Assembly: GCA_028534125.1 (NCBI GenBank)
Contig: CM052816.1
Location: 14,820,001-14,884,000, forward strand
DNA: 64,000 nucleotides
From: Lama glama
Taxonomy: Eukaryota
Direction: 5' to 3'
The notes beneath the pieces were generated by a model. It did no database searches and was not told the origin of the DNA. It was given only the letters and a program-made list of their open reading frames with translations. How positions within the stretch are numbered: position 1 is the first letter of the stretch; the number at the start of each line of letters is the position of its first letter. Position numbers and translations under genes: made by a program. Below, piece by piece: positions 1 to 11,226 of this stretch.

Positions 1-1967
1 AGTGAAGGGTCACCATTGTCCCTCACTAGGACCACCACCTGCTGTGTGTCAGAGTCATCCTCCAGTAAAGCCCGGGCTGTTCGAACCTCACCAGTGTGTG
101 CAGACACCAGGAACAGTCCCGGGGCTGTGGACTGTGGCAACAGTGAATAGGAGAGCCATGCATTGTGGCCTGCATCAGCATCTACGGCTGTCACCTTGGT
201 GACCAAGGAGCCAGGAGGGGCTGAGCGAGGAAGACGCTGGGGGATTGAGAGTTCCCGGCCGGGTATCGGGTGCAGCACGGCTGGGGCATTATCATTCTGG
301 TCCAGGACAAACACATGGAGAGATGTGTTAGCGTGCAGTGGGGGAGAACCAGAGTCTCGAACGCCCACCACGATCTGCAGCATCTGCAGTAACTCATAGT
401 CAAAGGTACGCTGGGCAAAGACCCGCCCGTCCTCAGGGTTGACATATACGAAGGAGGAGGCTGGGGCTCCCCGAATCTGGTTCCCTACAATGGAGTAGGT
501 GAGGCGGGCATTATCCCCAGTGTCTGGATCAGAGGCAGCCACGGTGCAGAGAAGGGAGCCTGGAGGTCGGTTTTCTGGGATGTAAGCAGTATAGAGCTGC
601 TGGGTGAAGTAGGGTGCATTGTCGTTAACATCTGAAATGTTGAGTCTGATGGTGAGATGTGCGTGCAAGGGAGGTAAGCCCGCATCGTGGGCCTGCAGCT
701 CAATGATATAGTGGGATGTGGCCTCACGGTCCAAAGGCTGGCTGGTTAGCAGTGAGTAGTGGTTTTCAGAAGGCTTAATCTGAAATGGGAGGTCCGGAGA
801 GATATCCAGGCTCACTTCACCATTTCTCCCTGAGTCTCGGTCCCGCACGTTAAACAATCCCACCACTGTGCCCACTGGTGTGCTCTCCAGGACAGGGTTG
901 ACCAAAGAGGCCAGCAGTACCTCAGGGGCATTGTCATTGGCATCCCCCACATCCACTTGAATCACACAGTGGCCTTCCATGGCTGGCTGTCCCTGGTCAC
1001 GGGCTCTTGCATGAATTTCATAGAAACTTGACTCCTCAAAGTCTATGGGACCAAACACATGGATTGCTCCACTGCTAGGGTCTAGGCCAAAGAGATTCCG
1101 CACTGCCTCAGATGTATGGTCTCCAAAAGAATAGTCTAGTTGGCCATTGGTGCCCTCATCCGGGTCAGTGGCATTGAGGCGGAGCAGCAGTGTACCCATG
1201 GGTGTATTCTCTGGGAGTGCTACACGGAGAACTGAGGACTGGAAGGCTGGAGCATTATCATTGATGTCCAGCACAGTGATAGAGATAAGGGTGGTCCCTG
1301 AGCGGGCTGGGACACCCCCGTCCACAGCAGTGAGCACCAGCTGATGTCTTGCCTGGGCTTCACGGTCCAGCTGCTGCTCGAGCACCAGCTCTGGGAACAG
1401 CTTCCCATCTTTTAGGGTCTTCACATTCAGAGAGAAGTGGCTGCTGGGGCTTAGAGTATAGAAGCTCACAGTATTGGTGCCCACGTCTGGATCCTGGGCA
1501 CTATCCAGTGGGAATCGTGCCCCAAGTGCAGCTGATTCTGAGATGCGTATCTCTCGCTCAGGAGTGGCAAAGCTAGGAGAGTTGTCATTGAGATCCAGGA
1601 TCTCTACCTCTACACGGATTAATTCCAGGGGGTGTTCAGTCACCACCTGTACTGGCAGCAGGCAGCTGGTGCTGGCTCCACACAGTCTCTCTCGGTCAAT
1701 TTTCTGATTTACTGCCAGAGCACCGCTCCTCAAGCTCAGGGAAAAATAGTGCCCATTCTCCTCAGAGCCCAACCGCAGTCGGCGGCTCAACAGATCTGTC
1801 ACCTTTAAGCCGAGATCCTGAGCAACATTCCCCACCAGCGTCCCCGGTTCAGACTCCTCCACCACTGAGTAACGCAGCTGCCCAGACACCCAGCCCCAGC
1901 AGCACAAGGACAACATGCACAGCACTTGCCATTTCCCAGCGAGCTGTGGGGCTGTCTTGGGCCCCAT
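1..1967 (-). CDS. PCDHGC5: Protocadherin gamma C5, variable exon, partial (signal peptide to EC6; continues past the left edge)
   Basis: ATG at 1967 (cat at 1965-1967) gives MGPKTAPQLAGKWQVLCMLSLCCWGWVSGQLRYSVVEESEPGTLVGNVAQDLG. The same frame reads ...DDSDTQQVVVLVRDNGDPS at the window edge. It is absent from the ORF track because no stop lies in the window. Its position directly after C4 fits. Confidence 0.95.
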   Translation of the reverse strand, partial: MGPKTAPQLAGKWQVLCMLSLCCWGWVSGQLRYSVVEESEPGTLVGNVAQDLGLKVTDLLSRRLRLGSEENGHYFSLSLRSGALAVNQKIDRERLCGASTSCLLPVQVVTEHPLELIRVEVEILDLNDNSPSFATPEREIRISESAALGARFPLDSAQDPDVGTNTVSFYTLSPSSHFSLNVKTLKDGKLFPELVLEQQLDREAQARHQLVLTAVDGGVPARSGTTLISITVLDINDNAPAFQSSVLRVALPENTPMGTLLLRLNATDPDEGTNGQLDYSFGDHTSEAVRNLFGLDPSSGAIHVFGPIDFEESSFYEIHARARDQGQPAMEGHCVIQVDVGDANDNAPEVLLASLVNPVLESTPVGTVVGLFNVRDRDSGRNGEVSLDISPDLPFQIKPSENHYSLLTSQPLDREATSHYIIELQAHDAGLPPLHAHLTIRLNISDVNDNAPYFTQQLYTAYIPENRPPGSLLCTVAASDPDTGDNARLTYSIVGNQIRGAPASSFVYVNPEDGRVFAQRTFDYELLQMLQIVVGVRDSGSPPLHANTSLHVFVLDQNDNAPAVLHPIPGRELSIPQRLPRSAPPGSLVTKVTAVDADAGHNAWLSYSLLPQSTAPGLFLVSAHTGEVRTARALLEDDSDTQQVVVLVRDNGDPS

Positions 1968-2234
1968 GACCCAGAAGTCCATTCCTGGACACTGACTCGG
2001 TGCTGTCCTGTCTCCAAGGTAGACCCAGGGCTTGGATTGTAGCAGCTGAAATCTCTTATGTCTCCTTCCAGCCTCTTAAAAACTGCTCCGAGGTTTGTCT
2101 GCCCACAGCAGTTCTTCTTAGTCACCAAATGGCGGGGGTGGGGGGGGAGGGGAATTGAATCTGAGTGGAGCTGGGGAGCTGGGGGAGGAGAGGCAGGCAG
2201 GAAGAGCAGATCCCCCACCTCTGCTCTGAGTCTG

Positions 2235-2267
2235 ATTGGCCCAAAAGTCTGTCTGCTCTCAGCCAAT
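2235..2267 (-). promoter_or_regulatory. GC5 promoter: inverted CCAAT-box pair (ATTGG-N23-CCAAT), no CSE core
   Basis: attgg cccaaaagtctgtctgctctcag ccaat, about 270-300 bp upstream of the ATG; same layout as the C3 and C4 promoters. Confidence 0.55.
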
Positions 2268-3583
2268 TATAAAGTCTCCACAGTCCTGGAAACCTTAGGA
2301 ATAGGCGCTGCAAATCTGTCACAGAAGCCTCCTACCTCCCCATTTATTTCATGCCGCAGGTTGATTTAGCCCCCTTGGCAGCAAAGTTTGACAGCTCAGA
2401 TGGTGCTCACCAGGGAAGACAAAGTGGTACAAAACTTCTCAGTGTTCTATCCCAGTAACTTCCTGCATGACTTCAGAAGCTCCCACTACTTTGCTTGAAC
2501 CAACAAAATCTTGTCCTCATGGAGGCAAAGCCCATTTGTTACCCCCTCCCCACTCCCCCCATCTTGCCACACGCTGCTAAAGTGAGAGAAAAGAGGTGTT
2601 AGGACCCTTTAGAGTCTTGCTCTGACTCTCCAGCAGTACTTTCAGGAATCTCAATGTCAGCTGATGGCTATATATAAGGAGTCAGTGTTTCTGAGGTCCC
2701 AGACTTGAGCTGTGGAATGGGAATCACAGCTTGTGGTGGGGAGAACATTCCTGAAACTGATCCAGGTCACCCAAGGAAGTTGGTGAGAGGCTAGGCATGG
2801 CCTCCAGGCTTTATGGTTTCATCAATTCAGATAACCTGTACTTACAGACTACAAGAGTGGCTGTCTCTATGAATGCCTAGCAGTAGAACACTTCTTGGTA
2901 TTAAGTGATTTCACTTACTGCTTTTTCCCCCACGAAGAGGTGATGTTTCCTGTCCCAATCTACTGCATCTAGCTCAAATCCCAGTGGGGACTTGATTGGG
3001 AGTCCTGAAGACATGGACAACAAGTTTCTTGCTTCCACCTGATGCCTCTCTACTCCCTTGGCTCTCTCCTCTTTTTGTTCTCTGCTACATTTCAAGTAAA
3101 GAGTGCATTTCACAGTGGGTTATGGAGTAGTTGATACTGTGGGGCAACGGTATTAGTTCCCTTCAATCCATTGGGAAGTGTAACCTGGAGTTAAGGTAGT
3201 ACAGACCTTGACCCCCTCATTCAGAAGGAGTAGAGAAGGCAGCCCCCAGGGTTTAGGTACATCCTACCCTTGTTCACCAGAGCTGTCTACACTCCCACAT
3301 TCCAACAGCATGGTTCCACAAAACCCTGGCTCTTGATCATGTTTTTCCACTTCTTACTCTCAGATAAGGGCATAACCGAGTCCAAGTACTCATCTGACAA
3401 CACCCTGGTTAATTCACAAAACACTTCTAAAAGCACAGCATCTACCACATAGTTACCACTCACAAAAACGGTGACATCACTACGGGCTCTTACAGAGAGA
3501 CCAGTACTCTCTGGGACATGGCCCAGCCATACGCCTGCATCAGAATAACCCTCAAGCATTGGCTGAGCCTGCAAAGGTCTCAC

Positions 3584-6025
3584 CTCTAGCCCATAGAGAA
3601 GATCAGAGGGTGGGCAGCTTGGGCGAACAGGTTCCCCTGCCATAGGTGCACTGGGTGACTTCACCATCATGAAGCTATCGCTCCGAGTGGGTGCAGAAGC
3701 CAAGGGTGTACAGCCATGAGAGTGGCCGCCCACATCAACAAACTTGATAGGATCATCTGACCCTAGCTGGATTCGGAGGATCCCATTGGAAGGAGGAAGC
3801 CCCTCCCTCCTTCGAGAGCGGGTGAGACAGGCACAGGTGCCAGCGGGAAAGCAGGTCACTCCACAGGCAGCCCCACGCAGGCACTTCGAGATTAGTGCCA
3901 CGAATGAGCCAAAGGAGACAAAGCAAATTGCCACTAGCGATACAGCCAAGTAGAGGGTCAAGCGGGATTCTCCTTCCCTTGGAGCTGAAGATTCTCGAAG
4001 ATCGGGGACAACTGGATGAGTGTCTTCTTCCAAGGACACTAGGAGAGTAACAGAGGTAGAGAGCGGTGGGCTACCACTATCCTTTACCACAATGACCAGC
4101 TTCTGTGGCGGGAGATCAGCTGGGATGGGAACGGCCGTCCGCACCTCCCCAGCATAGCGAGAGACCGCAAACAGGCTGGGATCTGGGGCCTCCAGGAGCT
4201 GATACGAAACCCAAGCATTATAACCTGAGTCCAAGTCCACAGCGGTCACCTTTGTGACTAGGTGGCCAGCACCAACTGATGGAGGCAGTGCTTGGGGACA
4301 TAAGGAACCAGGCCGGGCCCTAGGGCGCAGCACAGCTGGGGCATTGTCATTGAGGTCCAGCACGAATAGACGAACTGTCACGGTGCTACTAAGGGGTGGG
4401 TTGCCCCGATCCCGGGCCTGCACCTCAAACTGTAGTGTCTGTGTTTGCTCATAATCAAAGGATCGAGTAGCATGAACAGCTCCTGTCTGGGGGTTCAGAG
4501 AGATGAAGGAAGAAGCTGACACATCTCGATTTCTGGGCTCTAGGAGAGAGTAGGAGATAAGCGCATTCAAGCCAGAGTCTGGATCAGAGGCTGCAAGGGA
4601 GCAGAGCAGGTCCCCTGGGCGATTATTTTCTGGAACAAACACCTCATGTGACCTCTGGAAGAAAGAGGGTGGGTTATCGTTCACATCTGAAATATTGAGG
4701 AAAATAGTCCTGTGGGTACTCAGAGGAGGGTTCCCAGCATCAGAAGCAGTGACCATGATGTCATAGCTGGATTTGGCCTCTCGGTCCAAGGGCCCAGCAG
4801 TCACCAGGGAGAACTGGTTCCTGAAGGCAGACTTGAGGGCAAAGGGCAAGTGGTCAGGAATACGGAGGCTCACATCTCCATTTGACCCTGAATCCGGGTC
4901 CTGCACGCTGATGAGCGCCACCACAGTGCCAGGTTCTGCACTCTCAGGGAGAGTCCCAAGCTCTGAGGTCACTGTGATGTGGGGGGCATTGTCATTTACA
5001 TCCAGGAGATCCACCCGAAGGCTGCAATGTTGCTCCATGGCTGGAGAACCCCCATCACGAGCCCGAACATCAAATTCGTAGTAATTCTCACTCTCGAAGT
5101 CTAGGGGCCCCTGAAGGGTAAGCTTTCCAGTAGTGGGATGTAGGCTAAAGAGATTTCTCACACGATCAGGGGTGTGACCACTGAAAGAAAAGGTGACGTT
5201 ACCACTGGGACCCAGGTCCGGGTCAGAGGCGTTGAGCTGGATGAGCAGCATGCCGGCTGGCGCGCTCTCCAACACACTAATCCTGTAGCTGGATTGCTGG
5301 AAGGCTGGGGCGTTGTCATTCACGTCCAGCACTGACACCCGGAGCTCCGCGGTGCCCGATCTCGGGGGGTTCCCTCCATCCACAGCAGTCAGGACCAGGC
5401 GGTAGTCTGATTGCTTTTCCCGATCCAAAGGCTTCTCTAGGAGCAGCTCTGGGACCAGGCTGCCGTCGCTGCGCTTCTTGACATCCAGTGCAAAGTGTTC
5501 ATTGGAGCTTAGTCTATAGCTGCTGATGGAGTTGCTCCCCACATCTGCATCCTGAGCCTTTTCCAAGGGGAAACGCTGTCCTGGAGGAGCTGCCTCTCCA
5601 ATTTCCAAGTCCAGCTGCTGCCGAGGAAATCGGGGGGCGTGATCATTCACATCCACGATTTCTACCTCCGCTCTGTACATTTCCAAAGGCCCTTCCGTTA
5701 CAAACTCCAGGGGCACGATGCAGCTGGCACTGAGCCCACACAGTGCCTCTCGATCGATTGGATTCTTGATGAGCAGGGCTCCGCTGTCCAAATCCACACG
5801 GAAGTGTCTTTGGTTCACCTCTCCAGCGACCTGCAGCCTGCGAGCTGACAGACTCTCTGTATCCAGCAGGAAATCTTGGGCGACATTCCCTACAAAAGTC
5901 CCTTCCTGTGACTCCTCTGGGACCGGGTAGCGGATCTGCCCACAAACGTAACCCAGGTGGCAAAAAAGGAACAAAAGGGTAGCCCCCCGGCAGATTTCTA
6001 CCCAGCTTCTCACCTTGCGGAGCAT
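3584..6025 (-). CDS. PCDHGC4: Protocadherin gamma C4, variable exon (814 codons: signal peptide, EC1-6, TM, variable cytoplasmic region)
   Basis: MLRKVRSW...GQIRYPVPEESQEGTFVGNVAQDF, six cadherin repeats (DRE, DxNDNxP), TM LYLAVSLVAICFVSFGSF. Phase-0 donor GAG|GTGAG after ...LLYGLE at 3584. The unspliced ORF continues to 3287. Confidence 0.96.
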
Positions 6026-6219
6026 TGCTGCCGCCAGCTAGTTCACTATCTGGTCCTGAGAAGCGGAATAAGCCGACCCGCCCCAGAACGGCCACAGCAG
6101 CTGGAGACACCTATCTCCCTTTCCCCGCGCCAGTTCTGGCGCGGCTGGGCCGGCGCCGCAAGGGTTACGCGCCGTTTTTTGCTGGTGGCGGGGTAGATTT
6201 GTCTGCCTTCCACCACCCG

Positions 6220-6252
6220 ATTGGTAGACAGCGGCTCCTGGACTCAGCCAAT
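6220..6252 (-). promoter_or_regulatory. GC4 promoter: inverted CCAAT pair enclosing a degenerate CSE core, within CpG-rich sequence
   Basis: attgg tagACAGCGGCtcctggactcag ccaat, about 200 bp upstream of the ATG. CpG-rich from ~5900 to 6300. Confidence 0.55.
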
Positions 6253-7569
6253 AGGCTAAGCGGAGAACGTCCCAATAGCAGCAGGGTTAATGCGTCGCAG
6301 AATTGGAGGAAAAAAAAAACCCCAAAAAACAAAAAACAAAACCACCTATCTTTTTGCCTTCCTCCTGTTCAACAGCATTTTTTTTCCCACGGGTTATTAC
6401 CTCTGTGTTAAGGCAGACAACATATATGTATTTTTTTTCTTAACACACCAACCCTCCCCCCCACCCCGCCCCTTTTCCGTGGGGAAAACAGCGACAGCAT
6501 GAGCCCTAGCAACCTGCAGCCCAGAGAGTGAGTAGCCATTTGAGACTGGTCACTTTGTTCAAGCCAGTGTTGTCATCTACCAATATTCTAAATGAGTAGC
6601 TTCTGCCTCAATCTGATTGTATTAGAGCAAAAGCTAATTAGAAGCACTGCCACATACTAAAAACTCTGCCCCTCTGCAGATTATTCAGAAACATATCCAC
6701 CTCTTTGCAGAAAAGGCTCACACATTAATGTAGCCAATTAAATCTATGCAGTACACGTTTTTGTCATAATAGAAGGCACATCAGAAACCAAACCTCTCTT
6801 ATTCAGACACTTGCTGGTGATATATTAAATTACCATTCATTGATTTCAAGGACAGTATGGAAGGGGATGAAGCAGGGTGGAGGAAGCCAGGAGAGGGAGA
6901 TTTTCCAAATCAGTAAGGAATCAGCATGTCTGAGACACTAAGGACTGGATCTCATTAGCTGGCAGAATGCTAATGTTCACAGATTTAATAGCTTCCCTGA
7001 ATGACTGAGATCAGCTACCAACAGCATTGTGCCTACAAATCTCCTTTATTTGACACCACGGTCTGCTTGATATGTTGTTAATTACCAACAGAGACTGTTT
7101 CCAAAGAGCAAGTTTTTCACTGATCCCTGGAGGGCCTTTTGGAACCAGAGATTTGATCTTATCCCACCCCTACCTGATCCAGAACCACCCCCACCCCACG
7201 GCGCCTGGCTACCACCTTACACAAAAGCAGAAACACAGCTCAATTCACACTGTAGTTACCTGCAAACTGTAATTTGAGAGGCAAACACACCACAGTATAC
7301 AGAGAAAAATCCAGTCTGACCTGGACTTGAGTTTTTTTTCTTTAACTCATCCAAATCCTCACATAAGTTACCACTGGCTGCCAAAACCAGCGGCAAAACC
7401 TGGTTCTTTTCCTCCCCACATTTTTTGATGGTGAGGCCAGCAACCAGCATTCTGGTCTCAAAGGGAGGTATCTGGCCTCCTGTATTCTTTTACCCCAAAA
7501 CCCCCGAACTTTCTCCCATGGAATGCCAGAGGTGTGAATCCATCTGACCTATCAGGTGTTTATGCCAGG

Positions 7570-8400
7570 ATTCACTATCTCAGTAGAATGACACCGTCGT
7601 CCACCCAGCTGCCTCAGTCACAATAGGGAGGAGTAAGGAGGGCCATCCTTGACTCATTCCTCTCCCTCATTCCCTATGTCATGTCACTGAGCAAGTCCTG
7701 ATGATTTCACTATAGTCAACTCCCTACATCTATACTGTCACTATGCTGCATCAAGCATTTATCAGTCTTCTCCTCAAATATTTCAATAGCCGTCTAACTG
7801 TTCTTTTTGTCTCCAGTCCCAATTGTCCTCAATCCATTTCACTTATGGCTCCAGAATAATCCCTCCAAAACAAACTAGCAAAAACCCCTGATGACATATG
7901 TGTGTCAGTACAGAATTCTGCAATGACTATCATGGATACAGAATAAAATTAACTCTTTCGCATGGCCTAAAGATAACTCAAGCTTTAATTCCTGTCTACT
8001 TGCTTCACTTTATCTCCTGAAAGACTGTTTTACAAACACACTTTAAGGTTCAGCAATAATGAAATACCATTATCCCTCTGCATGGAATTTGTTGCAAGAG
8101 TCCCTCCCTATCACCTTTTCCCCTTTACTGACAATCTACTACTCAACCTTTAGTTCTCAGATCAAGCATCACCTCTATGAAGTCTTCCTGATTTCTCCAA
8201 GCTGCCTTAGATGTCTCCTTTCCTTTGCTCCCATTGATTCTTGTACTACACAAATATCCATTATCATTTTTTGTGTGTGTATGTCTATCTCCTATGGTAC
8301 TCTGTGTACCATAATGGCAGGGACTGTGTCTTTTCATCTTATAAAGTGTGTAGAACATAGGGATGCTCAATAGTGAATTAGTGATCTTATCATTTATTAG
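7570..8400. mobile_element. Ancient L2 LINE fragments
   Basis: Degenerate L2-like phrases (catccttgactcattcctctccctca; ggcagggactgtgtcttt...atgctcaatagtgaat). Boundaries approximate. Confidence 0.5.
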
Positions 8401-9299
8401 TTCAGCAAATATTTATCGAATACTTGCACTTTATGAGTACTTTATATTGAGGACAGATATTTTATATGCATTATGTTTCACTGTCACACAATTTGGAAAG
8501 ATTTTATAATGAGAACCCTGGAGTTCAGAAAAGTTAGAATTGTCTAAAGCTAAACTAGTATGTGCAATACTACAATCCCTCCACTTCCACCCTTGGTCTG
8601 TCTGGAAAGAAATAAAGCCTATTTCTGTAACATCTTAAATAATTTTTCTACCAGTCAATCATCCCTGTGACCATTAACTAGCTCTTTACTGACGCATTTA
8701 ATATCCAACAGCTAGACCTCTTTTAGGTCTCAAGTCCTTATATCTCTAAGTTTACACCAAAACAAACAGGCATACAGTCTGTATTACTAGCACTGGAGCA
8801 TCATAAATCCTGAATCCTACCTATCCTAGGCTTGACCTTTTTATGCCAGGTATGTCAGTCTCCTATCCCTAGATTTTAAAAGCAGCTTTTTGAGTTTTCA
8901 TTCATATAGTCCAACCATTTAAAATGTACAAATCAGTGGTTTTTAGTATAGTCACACACACTAAAATGATGCAACCAACACCATAGTAATAATGACAGAA
9001 AAATCTGTCACCCCCCAAAAGAAACCCTATACCCATTACCCAGCTCTAGATTTTCAAAGAAATAGTTGCTCAGGTGCTAGTGGTTTAGGAAGATCTCTTT
9101 AGATGACTGAAATATCTTATCTCTTCCCTACAGTGCTCTCCTAGAGCTATACTATGTAACATTTTAAAGTTGGAAAATAACATCATGGATCTTTTTTTAA
9201 GTTCAACCTGACCCAAAGAGGTTGGCTCCTGGTACTGTGAACACCAGAATAACACTTTGCCTCAAAAATATGCTAACTGATAGACCAGCAGGTCCTAAG

Positions 9300-9820
9300 G
9301 CAATCATTTTCAAATTTGTCTGTACATTGGAATCACTTGGGACCTTCAAAAATGCTCATGCCTGAGTCCCACCCCGAGGGATTGTGCTCTCATCCATCTG
9401 GGATGTGGCCTGGGCTTCAGAATTTTTAAAAGGTCCCTAGGTGACACAAATGAACTTATTTACAAAACAGCAGACTCATAATTAACTTATGGTTACCAGG
9501 GTGAGGGGAAAGAGGGTAGGGAGGGGTAAACTCAGAGTTTGAAATTTGCAGATACTGACTACTATATATAAAATAGATAAACAACAAGTTTCTACTGTAT
9601 AGTTCAAGGAACTATAGTCAATCTTATAGGAACATGTAATGAAAAAGAATATGAAAAGGAATATATGCATGTACATGTATGACTGAAACATTATGCTGTA
9701 CATCAGAAACTTACACAACATTGTAAACTGATTACACTTCCCTTTAAAAAAGAAAGAATGAGAATAAAAGGTCCCTAGGTAATTCTGGTGTGCAACTAAG
9801 TTTGAGAACATCATTCTAGC
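9300..9820. mobile_element. MER5-type hAT-Charlie MITE split by an L1 3' tail
   Basis: cattggaatcacttggga...gcctgagtcccacccc...tgggatgtggcctgggc...ttttaaaaggtccctaggt [insert] aattctggtgtgcaactaagtttgagaac. Confidence 0.7.
9443..9764 (+). mobile_element. 5'-truncated L1 (3' UTR only) with a perfect 16-bp TSD
   Basis: L1 3' UTR (gacacaaatgaacttatttacaaaacag...tgctgtacatcagaaacttacacaacattgtaaactg) with an A-rich tail. TSD taaaaggtccctaggt at 9427-9442 and 9765-9780. Confidence 0.9.
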
Positions 9821-11226
9821 AAAAATGCCAGTTGTTTCCCAGTCTGACCAGAAAAGCAGAAGCTGCTTCTCTCTGGCTTTCATCCTTCTTTAGTCTTTCC
9901 ATATATGTCTCTACTTTCTCATCTTCGGCTGTCTCCAGATTTGCTCATTTCCAAAATGTATTTAAGATTTGGGGTGGATAAAAAACTAATAATAATAACA
10001 ACAACAACAGCTATGAATTTTTTAACTTGTCAAACAGCAGGCATTGTACATACATTATATTATGCACTAATCTTACAAAACCCTTGTTACTCTTGGAAAA
10101 GGCTGAGATAAGAGATTAACTTGGCCAAGGACTCATAGTTGGTAAGTGGTGGAGCTTCCTATGTCTAACTGGCAAATCCGATGGTTGATGGAAGTAATAC
10201 ACTTTATGACTAAGTAACAGTTTGTGGGAACTGCAGTTCTCCCATAATTGGAAGTACCTTAAGTTTCACTCCAAGACAAAGGCCTTGCAGTCACCTGAAC
10301 ACTATCTCGAATAAATGAAAGTTTTATCTTTTTCTCAGGCTATGAATTTACTTACATTTCACACTCTGTGTATACCTACAAAAAATTATGCTGAAAGGAT
10401 AGGGAATAAAGCTGGTTACAAAAGAACTTTCCATTTGTACTTTGTTTTTCTAGATTATCTGGATTTATTTTCAAAATAACTGATCACTTTTTACTTCTGT
10501 AATTAATGGTGGTTACCTTTGGATTTGGGGGATATAGTTAATTTTAGTATTTTTCTTTATACTTTTCTGTACTTTCCAAATTTTCTATAATAAGCCTGCC
10601 TTACTATTGTAACAAAAATATTTTGTAAGTAATACCCACACATCATTTCCAGTACCGTGCTTGAAATAAAATTTAAAAGACCCTAGAATTTTATTTTTCT
10701 CATAGAAAATCATCAGAGAATGAGGTACAGGATCTGTGTAGGCAAAGGAAAATCATAAGCAAACCATTAGTTTTAATGCAGATGTGGCAACCATTTGAAA
10801 GATGGACGGATGAGGTAGTTTTTATATTCCTAGCAGCTGCCACTGGTTAGTTTTCCAGCAGCTTGTTCCAATGCAAATGACACCAAGCTAAGCTCTGAGT
10901 GCTGAGATCTTGAATTATAGCTTAATGGCCCTTTAACAGGCTCGGTTAGTTGCGATAGCAAGTGAGTGCTAAAGGTGTGAACTGGGCCCACAGATGAGTC
11001 AATTAACTCCACATTGTGTGGAACCACAAACCACAGTCCTAACTGGGCCAGCCCCCTCCCCCGCAAAGGCACTACAATGGATCTGGGAAGAAAATGTGGA
11101 TGTCTAATTAGGAAAACAATTTCATCACTGAGGAAAAAAACCAAAAACAAAGCTCCATATCTCCCTGAATGTTATGCAGGTATAAAAAGCATTAATGTCA
11201 TTCCAGGATGACCTGCTAACCCTTAC

